A stretch of DNA of 64,000 nucleotides from Dehalococcoidia bacterium (GCA_025054935.1 JANWZD010000006.1:24228-88227), one strand, 5' to 3'. Numbered from the stretch's first letter, positions 50,688 through 60,420 are shown. Numbers and translations are program-made. Notes: generated by a model not told the origin, from the sequence alone.

Positions 50688-51398
50688 CTACCGACGGTAT
50701 TTCAGCCGCTTGAAGGCCTCCGCGTACGCGAAGCCGGGCACCTCGCCGATATTCGCGGCGCCCTCGCGGATACGCTCGGCAAGCCCTTCCCCTGACCCGA
50801 CTTGGCTGACGTGGCAGCGCAGCGCCGCGATCTTCTTCTCGATAAAGTCGGTGATATCGACATAGACATCCGGATGCTCGGCGCCCATCACCCACGCCTC
50901 GGCCGTCTTGTGCGGTTCCAGCCCTTCAGCGATCTGCTCGGGAAAATACAGGTGATCGCGCGCGGCAGGAAAGACCGAGTCGAGCGCAACCGACCCCGCC
51001 ACGCGGTGGTCGCGATGCTGCGCAAAGAGGCTGAGCCGACGCACCGGGTCTTGGCAGACGACAACATCGGGCCGGTACGTCCGGATCGCCCGGACGATGT
51101 CGCTTTGGAATTGGGGAGTGTCAGCCAGAAAGCCGTCGGGATAGCCGAGGATTTTGAACTCCTTGATCCCGAGCACCTTGCAGGCCTCCGCCTGCTCTGC
51201 TGCCCGAATCTTGGCCAGGCGCTCGCTGGTCATCGAACGGTCGCTGCTCCCTTTGTCGCCGTTGGTCGCGATCACGAGAAAGACATCGCGGCCTTCCGCG
51301 CACCATTTCGCGACCGACCCGCCGCAGCCAAACTCCATATCGTCCGGATGAGCCGTGATCACCAGGATCGACCGGTATTCCTCGGGCATTTCGGACAT
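50688..51398 (-). CDS. PIG-L/LmbE family deacetylase
   Basis: AHPDD, T.GDKG, HRDH, ALRCHVSQ, AEAF. Confidence 0.92.
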   Translation of the reverse strand: MSEMPEEYRSILVITAHPDDMEFGCGGSVAKWCAEGRDVFLVIATNGDKGSSDRSMTSERLAKIRAAEQAEACKVLGIKEFKILGYPDGFLADTPQFQSDIVRAIRTYRPDVVVCQDPVRRLSLFAQHRDHRVAGSVALDSVFPAARDHLYFPEQIAEGLEPHKTAEAWVMGAEHPDVYVDITDFIEKKIAALRCHVSQVGSGEGLAERIREGAANIGEVPGFAYAEAFKRLKYRR

Positions 51399-51470
51399 CA
51401 ACCCTTTCTCCGCTCGTGGTGGTTCAGCAAAAACGGCGGCCAGCTGGGGCTGCCATCCCTCTAGTCTACG

Positions 51471-51941
51471 TCACGTTGGCCGCTTCCTGACCAGCAGCGT
51501 ATGCTGAAACGTAAGCACAGTCTCGCCACGTTGGTTAACAATGCGGTTGTCAAGCCGGATCACCCCCCGGTCTGCCCGGCTCGTCTCGCGGGTCTCAGTG
51601 ATCGTCACTTCATTGTGAATGGTGTCCCCCGGGCGCACCGGGCCGTGATAGCGCACGCTCTCGACGCCGAGCAAGGCGAGCAAGGTGCCGGTCACCAACG
51701 GCTCTGTCGACGCGAGGCCGATCGAGAGCGCGAGCGGACCAGGCGCGATGCGCCCCCCAAAGGGCGACGCGGCAGCGTATTCCTCATCGAGGAACTGCGG
51801 ATTGTTGGCGCCGATAAGGCCGGCGAAGAGCACGATATCCGCCTCGGTGATGGTGCGGCCGTCGGTTCGAAAGCGCTCGCCGACGGCAAACTGGTCGAAC
51901 CAGCGACCGAAGCGCACTGGCTGTGCAGCCGGATGGTCCAT
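51471..51941 (-). CDS. MaoC-family dehydratase
   Basis: RTITEADIVLFAGL.G.NNP..LD.EYA, FGGRIAPG, PVRPGDTI. Confidence 0.88.
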   Translation of the reverse strand: MDHPAAQPVRFGRWFDQFAVGERFRTDGRTITEADIVLFAGLIGANNPQFLDEEYAAASPFGGRIAPGPLALSIGLASTEPLVTGTLLALLGVESVRYHGPVRPGDTIHNEVTITETRETSRADRGVIRLDNRIVNQRGETVLTFQHTLLVRKRPT

Positions 51942-51974
51942 CGCGCTCAGTGTAGCGAAAGCGCGGCGCCTCCG

Positions 51975-54188
51975 TCAGTGAAGCGCGCGCCACGTCAGCC
52001 AGTCGCGGAGCGCGTCGAGCCGGCGCGTGGGGATGGGGTCGTGCCAGTCAAGGTCGTAGCGGTTTTCACTGATCAGGATGCCCTGCCGGCTGACGCGGAG
52101 CACCATCTCTCCGGTGCTGGGAAGCCGGACGGCCACCTCGCCAAGGCACGTCGCCGCGTTCGGAGCGGCGACAGCCGTTCGCCGGAAGAGCTGATGCCCG
52201 TTCAGTTCGGCGACAACCTCCAGCCTGTCGAGCGCGGCAAGCGTGTCGTTCACGATCCAGAGCGTTCCCCGCAGTTCGTCGCCGGCCCGGTAGGGGCGCA
52301 GCGGATATTCGACTGAGGCGAGGACTGGCGCGTACCATCCCTTGAGACAGCGGAACGCGCGCTTCGGCCGCCCGAAGTAGTCGATGACCGACCAGCTGAT
52401 CGCGGGCCAGGGCTCATTCAGCTGCCAGAAGATCGTGCCGGTCGCGGCGCCCGCGCATCGACGCATATGCTCGATCGCGACCTGCAGTCCATTCGCTTGC
52501 GCTCGCTGGGTAGCAGCGGCAAAGGCCGTGAGATCATCGAGGCGAGCCTGCGCATAGCGCTGGAGCTTGTCGAGCTGCGCAGAATGCCGTTCCCACTCCG
52601 GCCCCGGGGCAGGGTCGTCGGGTAAGGCTGCCCAGAGCGTCTCCACCGCGGGTGCTGCCTGCAGGCCGAATTCCGAGAGGAGCGGCGCGCGCTCGAGCCG
52701 GTAGTCGGCCACGTTCGCCTTGGCGTGCCAGACCCGCCAGTTGTGCCGTTCCCCCGCGCTCGGCGAGGCAGCGCGAAAGGGCCGGCTGCCGTCCTCACGC
52801 GCGACCGCATTGGCGATGGCGGCGACGACCGGACGGTTCCGGTTCGGATTGAACTCGTTGCCCCCGCACCAGATCACTACCGACGGATGGTTCCGGAGAG
52901 CGCGGACGATCCCGCGGCACTCCTCTTCGACAAACGCCGCATACGCGCGGTCACGCGGAAAGTGGTCGAAGAAAGCGACCGAAAACGGAAACTCTTGCCA
53001 GACCAGCATCCCCAGTTCGTCGCAGATGCGATAAAACGCCTCGCGCTCCCGTAGGCCGCCGCCCCACACCCGCAGCAGATTGACGCCCGCCGCTTTCGCC
53101 TCTTCGATACGGGCGCGGTACTCCTCCTCGCCTAGTCGGCTAAGGAGCGAGTCGTTCGGCACCCAGTTGGCGCCCCGGATAAAGAGCGTGCGGCCATTGA
53201 CGACGAGCCGAACGCAGTCATCGGCAGGTGCGCCGCGCCCGCGGTGGCTTGGCGCTCCCATCTCAACCGTTCGAATGCCGACACGCTCGCTCCACCGGTC
53301 AGAGAGCGCCCCGTCAGCGGCAAGCCGCACCTCGAGCCGGTAGAGCGCCGGCCGGCCGCGCTCCCACGGTTCCCAGCGTCTCGCTTCCGCGAGGGAGAGG
53401 CGCAAGCGCCGCAGCGAGCTGCCGGCAGGAGCAGCCCACTGCGCCTCCGTCTCCGCCACGTTCGCGCCAGCATCATCGGTGAGGCAGGCGACAGCAGTCA
53501 GGGTGGCGGGACGCTCGAGGTCGAGTTCGAGGTCGAGCGTGACGAGGGCGCTTGCGGCGCAGGGACGCGAGCGCACCGCAAGAGCCACGATCGCCGCCGG
53601 CCCCGTCGTCTGGAGCAGAATGTCATCCCAGAGCCCGATCGTCGGGAGGGGCGGCGCAAAATCCCAGCCGTATGTCATCTGACACTTGAGCGTGGCGAGG
53701 CGAGGAGGAAAGAGGGTGCTGCCGAAAACGTGGCGGAACGCCCATGCCATCAGGCGTTCGCGTCTCCCAAGGCGCGGCGTCGGCAGGGTCAGGGGCGCAG
53801 CGCAGCGGACGGTGAGCGTGCCTCCCGCCGCGGGGAGCGCGACCCTGCGCTCACTGAACATGCCTCGGAACCGCGCAACCACCTGCGTATCGATCGCGAT
53901 CTCGCCCTGATAGTCGATCCCCTTGAAGCGCAGAAAGCGCCGGTGCGGAGCGGGCGGGATCGAGCGGCGAAAAATCCAGTCCCGCTCTGCGACCCACTGC
54001 GACTCGCTGGCTTGGCGGCCGACGAGCGGGTCCGGAATGCGGCCGGCAGCGAGAAGGGAGAGACGCACATCCCCCGGGAGCACTGCCGGAAGCCATTCTT
54101 CTGGAGGGCCACCTGGGCGCGCCGGAGCGCACTCCCAGCCATCGTGCAGCGGAACGATCTCGCCCAGTTGCGAACTTGCAGGAGCCAA
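51975..54188 (-). CDS. GH2 beta-mannosidase-like glycoside hydrolase (start uncertain; ORF open to 54320)
   Basis: YGWDFAP, FIRGANWVP, LRVWGGG, CDELGMLVWQEF, WCGGNE (acid/base), SEFG (nucleophile), WQLNEPWP. Confidence 0.88.
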   Translation of the reverse strand: MAPASSQLGEIVPLHDGWECAPARPGGPPEEWLPAVLPGDVRLSLLAAGRIPDPLVGRQASESQWVAERDWIFRRSIPPAPHRRFLRFKGIDYQGEIAIDTQVVARFRGMFSERRVALPAAGGTLTVRCAAPLTLPTPRLGRRERLMAWAFRHVFGSTLFPPRLATLKCQMTYGWDFAPPLPTIGLWDDILLQTTGPAAIVALAVRSRPCAASALVTLDLELDLERPATLTAVACLTDDAGANVAETEAQWAAPAGSSLRRLRLSLAEARRWEPWERGRPALYRLEVRLAADGALSDRWSERVGIRTVEMGAPSHRGRGAPADDCVRLVVNGRTLFIRGANWVPNDSLLSRLGEEEYRARIEEAKAAGVNLLRVWGGGLREREAFYRICDELGMLVWQEFPFSVAFFDHFPRDRAYAAFVEEECRGIVRALRNHPSVVIWCGGNEFNPNRNRPVVAAIANAVAREDGSRPFRAASPSAGERHNWRVWHAKANVADYRLERAPLLSEFGLQAAPAVETLWAALPDDPAPGPEWERHSAQLDKLQRYAQARLDDLTAFAAATQRAQANGLQVAIEHMRRCAGAATGTIFWQLNEPWPAISWSVIDYFGRPKRAFRCLKGWYAPVLASVEYPLRPYRAGDELRGTLWIVNDTLAALDRLEVVAELNGHQLFRRTAVAAPNAATCLGEVAVRLPSTGEMVLRVSRQGILISENRYDLDWHDPIPTRRLDALRDWLTWRALH

Positions 54189-54244
54189 TCGTCGCCCGAA
54201 ACGGAGGAGGTCTTGGACGATAGGAAATCGTAATACGTTTTGTC

Positions 54245-54273
54245 TTGCCGGGCGAGTGAGGGGGTGATAGAGT
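54245..54273 (+). promoter_or_regulatory. Putative dnaA promoter TTGCCG-N17-TAGAGT (with TG extension)
   Basis: TTGCCG ggcgagtgagggggtga TAGAGT. Implies a 5' UTR of about 250 nt. Confidence 0.55.
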
Positions 54274-54334
54274 TGCGGTCGCTTCGGACGGGACGACCGG
54301 GCGTCGGCCGCAGCCTCCACCGACCTCGCCGTTC

Positions 54335-54467
54335 CTCACCACCAAGTCGTGGCACGCGGCCACGATGGCGTGGCCGCCCGAAGCGAGGCGCTCCCACTGC
54401 TCTCGCGAGCGATGAGGAGCGCTTCGCCGCTATTCCGGATGCTTCGGAAACGCCAGAGCGTGGTGGG
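54335..54467 (+). ncRNA. Candidate structured cis-regulatory RNA in the dnaA leader (unassigned family)
   Basis: Five mutually compatible nested helices; every non-Watson-Crick pair is G-U on the + strand. Confidence 0.45.
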
Positions 54468-54526
54468 TTCGCGCCTTTTGGAAATCTGAACGCGTGGTTC
54501 TCCCACGCCGCGTGGAGGGTCGTGCG

Positions 54527-55906
54527 ATGGTGAACGGCGTCGGGCCAGCGCGGACAGCGCGCGAGATCTGGCAAACCGCGCTGGGGCAACTCGAACTCCA
54601 AGTCAACCGGACCAGCTACCTCACCTATCTGAAAGACACGACCGGGTACAGCTTCGACGGACAGTGCTTCACGATCGTCGCCCCGAACACTTTTGCCCGA
54701 GATTGGCTTGACGGCCGCCTCGCCTCGACCGTGAAGCGGACGCTCATCGACATCGTGGGCGCTCCGGTTGATGTCCGCTTTGTCGTGCGGCCAGAGGAGA
54801 CAACCTCGCGCGCCCCCTCCACCCCCCTCGAAGAGTGGGCGGACTCTCAGCCGCTTGCCGTGCGCAAAGCGCGGCTGAACCCTCGCTACACCTTCGACTC
54901 CTTCATCGTCGGCGCGAGCAACCGCCTCGCTCATGCCGCTGCCGAAGCTGTCGCCGCCCAACCGGGGAGCGCCTACAACCCCCTCTTCATCTGGGGGGGC
55001 GTCGGGCTGGGCAAAACGCATCTCCTCCACGCGATCGGGCACCGCGTCGAAGCGCGGGGGCTATCGGTGATCTATGTCACCTCCGAAACGTTCACGAACG
55101 AGTTCATCCGAGCGATCCGCGACCGGCAGAACGACGCCTTTCGAGAAAAATACCGCAGCGTCGACTTGCTTCTCATCGACGACATTCAGTTCCTCGCCAC
55201 CAAAGAGCAGACGCAGGAAGAGTTTTTCCATACCTTCAACGACCTGCATAGCAATGGCAAGCAAATCGTCATCACCTCAGACCGCTCGCCGAAGGTGATG
55301 CCGTCTCTCGAAGATCGGCTGCGATCGCGGTTCGAATGGGGACTGATCGCCGATATCGAAGCGCCCGACTTCGAGACAAGAGTGGCAATCCTCGAAAAGA
55401 AGGCGCGCGACTGCAACGCCCAAGTACCTCGCGAAGTGCTCGAGCTGATCGCGCACAAGTTCCAGAACAACATCCGCGAACTGGAAGGCTCGCTTAACAA
55501 GGCGCTGATGTTCGCGCGCACCCACGGCGTCCCGCTCACGCTCGAGGTCGCGCATCAAGCGCTCTTGGGGGGCACCCAGACAATCAACCGCCGGCGGGTC
55601 ATCACGCCGCGGCTCGTCATTGAAACTGTCGCCGCCTATTACCGTGTCGACCCGAGCGACCTCCGCGGCAAGCGCCGGGATCAGCACATCACTCATCCGC
55701 GCCACGTCGCGATGTACATCATCCGCGAAGAGACGCAGTGCACCTATCAGGAGATCGGGGCTGAGCTCGGCAAGCGCGACCACTCCACCGTTATGCACGG
55801 CTGCGAGCGGATTGCCTCAGAGCTGAAAACAAACCAGCAGCTTGTGCGCGAGGTGAACGAGATCCGCACGCTGCTCTATCAGCAAGGGAGCGGGGGGATC
55901 AAATAG
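54527..55906 (+). CDS. dnaA: Chromosomal replication initiator DnaA
   Basis: LNPRYTFDSF..G.SN, YNPLFIWGGVGLGKTHL, LLIDDIQF, RLRSRFEWGL, NIRELEG, RDHSTVMH. SD GGAGG before ATG at 54527. Confidence 0.98.
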   Translation: MVNGVGPARTAREIWQTALGQLELQVNRTSYLTYLKDTTGYSFDGQCFTIVAPNTFARDWLDGRLASTVKRTLIDIVGAPVDVRFVVRPEETTSRAPSTPLEEWADSQPLAVRKARLNPRYTFDSFIVGASNRLAHAAAEAVAAQPGSAYNPLFIWGGVGLGKTHLLHAIGHRVEARGLSVIYVTSETFTNEFIRAIRDRQNDAFREKYRSVDLLLIDDIQFLATKEQTQEEFFHTFNDLHSNGKQIVITSDRSPKVMPSLEDRLRSRFEWGLIADIEAPDFETRVAILEKKARDCNAQVPREVLELIAHKFQNNIRELEGSLNKALMFARTHGVPLTLEVAHQALLGGTQTINRRRVITPRLVIETVAAYYRVDPSDLRGKRRDQHITHPRHVAMYIIREETQCTYQEIGAELGKRDHSTVMHGCERIASELKTNQQLVREVNEIRTLLYQQGSGGIK

Positions 55907-57311
55907 CCGGGCGCGCAAGGGCGACAATGTCGACCGGCAGACCCCGCTCGTCAAGCGCGAGGATCGCCTCCGCGAGCTGTTCGGCGCGTTCCGCAGTGAC
56001 AAGCCGCGTCGCGTTGATCATGAATTTCAGGCGCAATTCTTCGGGGGAGAGCGGGTTGTCTGGCCCGCCGCGGTTTGCCATCACTCGTTCCTCAACCACC
56101 CGGCCATCGCGGAAGTGGACCCGCACGATCGCGGGAAACTGGTACGGATAGATCGCGTCTGCCTCCGGGTCGGCATACGGCTCGACCTTCGCGGCAAGCG
56201 CAAGCACCCGGGGGTCGCGCGCCTTTTCATCGGTGAAATCGTCGAACGAAACCCCAAGCCCGCTCCCGCCGAGGAGGGCGGTTGCGACTGTGAACGGTCC
56301 GCTGAACTGCGCATGGTAGCCGCTCTGGGGGCGGATCTTCTCCTCGCGCGGCTGACCGATCGTCCGGAGGGTCGGGCCGGCAACGCCAAGCTCGATCCGC
56401 TCGACTTGGTCGGGGTCGAGCGGACCATACTTTCGCCGGATTGCGATGGCGGCGTCGATCCCGCCGTGGGTGTAGTGGTTGGCAGGATAGGGCTTGTAGA
56501 AGATCTTCGGGATTGACCACTCCTCGCCCAGCCCGCCGACGACATTCGCCGGGTCGAACCGAGCATCGATGAACGCGTTATAGAGGCCGAACCGGCCTTC
56601 TAGGACGGTCGGCGGCCCGGTATAGCCCGCTTTGGCCAAGAAGGCAGCGAGGAGCCCGCTGTGCGCCGCCCAGCCGCAGTGCAGCCGCTTGACCGACCCG
56701 CCAGTGCGGTTCGCCTCGATCACGCCGCTCGCGAAGCTGGCAGCGATCCCAAGCGCGTTTCGAATGCCATCCACGCCGAGCCCAAGCAGCTTCGCCCCAA
56801 GGGCAGCCGCGCCCATCGTTCCGCAGATCGCGGTGGTATGCCATCCTCTGTCGAACCAGACATTCCCCTCCGGCAGCTGCCCGCCCATTCCGATGCGAAC
56901 GCAGACCTCGATCCCCACTGCGGCGGCAGCGATCGCGTCGCGCCCGCTCGCCCCAACCGCTTCTGCCAAGGCGAGCGTTGCCGGAACAATCGACGCGCTC
57001 GGATGGAGAATCGACGGGAGATGGGTATCGTCGAAATCGAGGCTGTGAGCGAGCGTGCCGTTCACCTGCGCCGCGACCGGCGCGGGGAAGCGGCCGGCCC
57101 GCCCGACTATCCCCGCCTCCTCCCGTCCCCCCCACGCCTCCGCGAGAGCGATCACGCCGTCGGCCAGCCCTTCAGCGGCAGCGGCAAGACAGATGCCGAT
57201 GGTGTCGAGGATCCGATCTTTGACACTGCTCACCACTGGCGGGGGCAGCGTTTCAAAGGTGACGGAGGCAGCAAATTCGGCGAGCTGGTGGCTGAGCGTC
57301 CGGTCGGTCAT
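55899..57311 (-). CDS. MmgE/PrpD family protein
   Basis: NGTLAHSLDFDDTH..SILHPS, GWHTT, KRLHCG, LEGRFG, KPYPANHYTH, AQFS. Confidence 0.93.
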   Translation of the reverse strand: MTDRTLSHQLAEFAASVTFETLPPPVVSSVKDRILDTIGICLAAAAEGLADGVIALAEAWGGREEAGIVGRAGRFPAPVAAQVNGTLAHSLDFDDTHLPSILHPSASIVPATLALAEAVGASGRDAIAAAAVGIEVCVRIGMGGQLPEGNVWFDRGWHTTAICGTMGAAALGAKLLGLGVDGIRNALGIAASFASGVIEANRTGGSVKRLHCGWAAHSGLLAAFLAKAGYTGPPTVLEGRFGLYNAFIDARFDPANVVGGLGEEWSIPKIFYKPYPANHYTHGGIDAAIAIRRKYGPLDPDQVERIELGVAGPTLRTIGQPREEKIRPQSGYHAQFSGPFTVATALLGGSGLGVSFDDFTDEKARDPRVLALAAKVEPYADPEADAIYPYQFPAIVRVHFRDGRVVEERVMANRGGPDNPLSPEELRLKFMINATRLVTAERAEQLAEAILALDERGLPVDIVALARPAI

Positions 57312-58120
57312 GCCGCCACCGCCAGCGGCCGCACCGGGCAGCCTGTCGCGCCGACAAGGCGAAGCGGAATGCAGATGAAGAGAAACTCGTAGACGCCCGC
57401 TGCCGCCAGTGCCTCGAGGTTCACGTTTTCGAGGATATAAATGCCGGCGTCGACGAGGAGCACTTTATGAGCAGGCAGCAGGCTATGCCCTGCTCCTGGC
57501 GCCAGCCATTCGTAGGCCATCGAGTCATGGCCGGTCGCGCGCACCCGGCGCTCGGCCAGCCATTCGGCCGCCGAGACATCTGGCCCCGGCACGCCGCTCT
57601 CGTGGCCGAGATAGGTCTCCGGCTCGCTCCAGTGCCGCGCCCAGCCCGACCGGATCAGCACCACATCCCCGGGCTGGGGCTCCCCGATCCCTTGCCGACG
57701 CGCCACCGCGCGCAGCTCCTCGGCCGTGATTTTCTCCGCCGGCGGGAGCGTGGCGACGCCGCGCGCCCCCGCGACATCGAGCAGGAGGCCGCGGCAGAGC
57801 ATCGGCGCGATCGTCTCGACCCCGAGCTGCTTGAACCGCCCCCCAGTCTGCGCCTCCGCCGCATCAACGCCGCCATGCAGCATGCCCCTAAAGCCGACGT
57901 GGGCCAGGGCATCGATGTGCGTGCCGGTATGACCACCAAGCACCATCATCTCGTTCGCGGCGGTCACCCCGTCGGCGCGCACCGAGTCGCCATGACGCCG
58001 AAGCAACGCCATTCGGAAGCCGGGATGGTTCGGCGAGACCGGGATCGTCGGCTCGAGCGGGTGACTGAGGTCGAACACCCGACTGGATTGCAGAAGCGTT
58101 TGCCAGGAGGCTCCTGTCAT
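57308..58120 (-). CDS. Cyclase/kynurenine formamidase-family metallohydrolase
   Basis: DLSHP, HTGTHIDALAH, IRSGW, H..LL..GIYILEN, GATGCPVRP. Confidence 0.92.
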   Translation of the reverse strand: MTGASWQTLLQSSRVFDLSHPLEPTIPVSPNHPGFRMALLRRHGDSVRADGVTAANEMMVLGGHTGTHIDALAHVGFRGMLHGGVDAAEAQTGGRFKQLGVETIAPMLCRGLLLDVAGARGVATLPPAEKITAEELRAVARRQGIGEPQPGDVVLIRSGWARHWSEPETYLGHESGVPGPDVSAAEWLAERRVRATGHDSMAYEWLAPGAGHSLLPAHKVLLVDAGIYILENVNLEALAAAGVYEFLFICIPLRLVGATGCPVRPLAVAA

Positions 58121-58230
58121 CGTCCACTCCGTTCACGCGAAGTCGTGGTCGGATTGTACGGGCGGTGCGCGTACACTCACGCCGACGCCTCGGTTCAGCG
58201 CTCTCGCGGCGCAGGGCAGCGCGAGCGCAA

Positions 58231-59127
58231 TTACGTGCGGTCAGCCGCGCCGAGGCGGGCAGCAAGCGCAAGGAGCGCGCGGGCGCGCTCGACAACGGGC
58301 AGGTCGACAAACTCACCGCTCGGAAGCCGGAGCGCGCCGATGCCGTGGTCTTCCGCCTGCTCGGCAGCCTCAACGATCGCATGAGCCGCTTCCAGTTCAG
58401 CGTCGCTCGGCGTGTAGACCCGGTTGATAATCGGAAGCTGACGAGGGTGGATGGCGCTCTTGCCGAAGAAGCCGAGCGCCCGTCCGGCGCGGGTGTCGCG
58501 CTCGAGGCCCGCTTCGTCGTCAAGCCGCGGGTAGACGCTATCCACCGGAGCGCGGACCCCCGCGACGCGCGAGGCGAGGACAAGCCGAGATTTGGCATAG
58601 AGCAGCTCTCGCCCGTCGGGCGACTCCGGGCGAGCGTCGATATCGGCGGCAAAATCGACAGCGCCGAAGGCGAGCGCTAAGACCCGCGAGTCGGCCTCGG
58701 CGATCTCAGCTGCGCGCCAGACGCCGACCGCGCTTTCAATGCCGAGGACAAGCTTGACCGAGCCAGCGGGGAGCCCCGCCGCTGCTTCGGCATCGCTCAC
58801 CCAGTCCGCGACGAGCCGAACCGAACGCGCGCTCTCCATCTTCGGAACGCGGATCCCCGCCAGCCCCGGCCGCACGACGGCGCGCACTTCCGCCTCGGTC
58901 AAGCCCGTCTCGGGGTGGTTCACCCGCACAAAGACGAGCGGTCCGCCAGAACCTGCCCGTGCCGCGACCGCCTCCGCGACCATCGCGCGCGCCCGCTCTT
59001 TCTCGCCGCGCGGCACCGAGTCCTCGAGGTCGAAGATGACTGCGTCTGCCTCCGACTGCGGCGCCCGTTCAAGAAGCTTGGCGTTGTTGCCCGGGGCGTA
59101 GAGCCAGCTCCGAATTGGAGGGATCAC
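58231..59127 (-). CDS. CitE/HpcH-family CoA-ester lyase (citramalyl/malyl-CoA lyase-like)
   Basis: RSWLYAPG, DLEDSVP..K, VRVN, IESA.G, FGAVDF, GF.GKSAIHPRQ. Confidence 0.92.
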   Translation of the reverse strand: MIPPIRSWLYAPGNNAKLLERAPQSEADAVIFDLEDSVPRGEKERARAMVAEAVAARAGSGGPLVFVRVNHPETGLTEAEVRAVVRPGLAGIRVPKMESARSVRLVADWVSDAEAAAGLPAGSVKLVLGIESAVGVWRAAEIAEADSRVLALAFGAVDFAADIDARPESPDGRELLYAKSRLVLASRVAGVRAPVDSVYPRLDDEAGLERDTRAGRALGFFGKSAIHPRQLPIINRVYTPSDAELEAAHAIVEAAEQAEDHGIGALRLPSGEFVDLPVVERARALLALAARLGAADRT

Positions 59128-60329
59128 TAGATGACCCCCTTCGCTTTCAGCTCGGCGAGGCGCTCCGGTCCGATCCCGAGTTCTCCGTAAACCGCCTCGT
59201 TATCCTGCCCGAGGCGACGCCCCGCCCAGCGAATCCGTCCTGGGGTCTCCGACATGCGGAACATGACGTTCTGCATTTTGATCGGGCCAAGATCTTCATC
59301 TTGAACGGTGACGATCGAGTTGAGCGCCTGATACTGCGGGTCATTGAAGATATCGGCGATGTCGTAAATCGGCGCGACTGCTGCCTCCGCCGCCTCAAAC
59401 TTCTCCATGACCTCTTTCAGATCATGCTGGGCGATCCAGCCGCCCACATATTCATCGAGAAGATCCGCATGCTTGGCGCGCTCCGCGCCGCTCTTAAACC
59501 ACGGCTCATCGATCACCTCCGGATGGCCCACAAGGCGCATAACGCGCTCCGCGATGTTCTGGGCGCTTGTGCTGATCGCCACCCATTTGCCATCGCGCGT
59601 CCGGTAGATATTGCGCGGCGCGTTGTTCACGGAGCGGTTGCCCGAGCGCTGCTGGATGATTCCAAGCTGGTCGTAGACGATCGGCTGAGGGCCAAGGATG
59701 CTGAAGATCGGCTCGATGATCGCCAAGTCGATCACTTGGCCTTTGCCGCCGCGAGCATCGCGATAGTAGAGCGCCATCAGGATCGCATTCGCGCCCGCCA
59801 ACCCAGCGATCCCGTCCGCCAAGCCAAACGGCGGCAGGGTGGGCGGTCCATCGGGTTCGCCAGTGATCGCCGCAAACCCGCTCATCGCCTCGGCGAGCGT
59901 CCCGAAGCCCGGCCGCTGGGCATAGGGACCGAATTGGCCGAAACCGGTTGCCCGCATCACTATCAAGCGCGGGTTGACAGCGAGCAGCCGGTCCGGCCCG
60001 AGGTTCCACTTTTCGAGGGTGCCGGGGCGGAAGTTCTCGATAAAGACATCCGCCGTTTCCACCAACTTGAGCAGGATCTCCTGCCCTTCCGGATGACTGA
60101 AGTTCAGCGTGATCGCGCGCTTATTCCGGCTGACGATCTTCCACCAAAGACCGTGCCCCTGCTTGGTGTAGCCATGCGTGCGGAGACTGTCGCCGCGCGG
60201 GTGCTCTATTTTGATGACATCGGCGCCGAAATCCCCGAGATACATCGCCATCAGCGGGCCCGCGAGGATCGTGGCGGCGTCCAAGACGCGAATGCCCTCT
60301 AAGGGCAGTGGACGCCCGTTGGTCGTCAT
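59127..60329 (-). CDS. CaiB/BaiF family-III CoA-transferase
   Basis: LEGIRVLD..ILAGP, DFGADVIKIEHP, ENFRPG, GFGQFGPY, LADG (catalytic Asp). Confidence 0.94.
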   Translation of the reverse strand: MTTNGRPLPLEGIRVLDAATILAGPLMAMYLGDFGADVIKIEHPRGDSLRTHGYTKQGHGLWWKIVSRNKRAITLNFSHPEGQEILLKLVETADVFIENFRPGTLEKWNLGPDRLLAVNPRLIVMRATGFGQFGPYAQRPGFGTLAEAMSGFAAITGEPDGPPTLPPFGLADGIAGLAGANAILMALYYRDARGGKGQVIDLAIIEPIFSILGPQPIVYDQLGIIQQRSGNRSVNNAPRNIYRTRDGKWVAISTSAQNIAERVMRLVGHPEVIDEPWFKSGAERAKHADLLDEYVGGWIAQHDLKEVMEKFEAAEAAVAPIYDIADIFNDPQYQALNSIVTVQDEDLGPIKMQNVMFRMSETPGRIRWAGRRLGQDNEAVYGELGIGPERLAELKAKGVI

Positions 60330-60420
60330 CAGTTCTGTCCCCCGTGCGAAGTGGATACGAACCGGCGCGTTCCAGTGCTAGAAGTAGGATACTGCACCGG
60401 TGCCCGCTCTTCATGGTCGC

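Noticed and set aside
54488..54500. Possible SOS box before dnaA (GAAC-gcgtg-GTTC); similar at about 60359 (N6)
   Set aside because: Spacers are 5 and 6 nt, not the required 4.
54190..54526. oriC next to dnaA
   Set aside because: No DnaA-box cluster or AT-rich unwinding element is visible.
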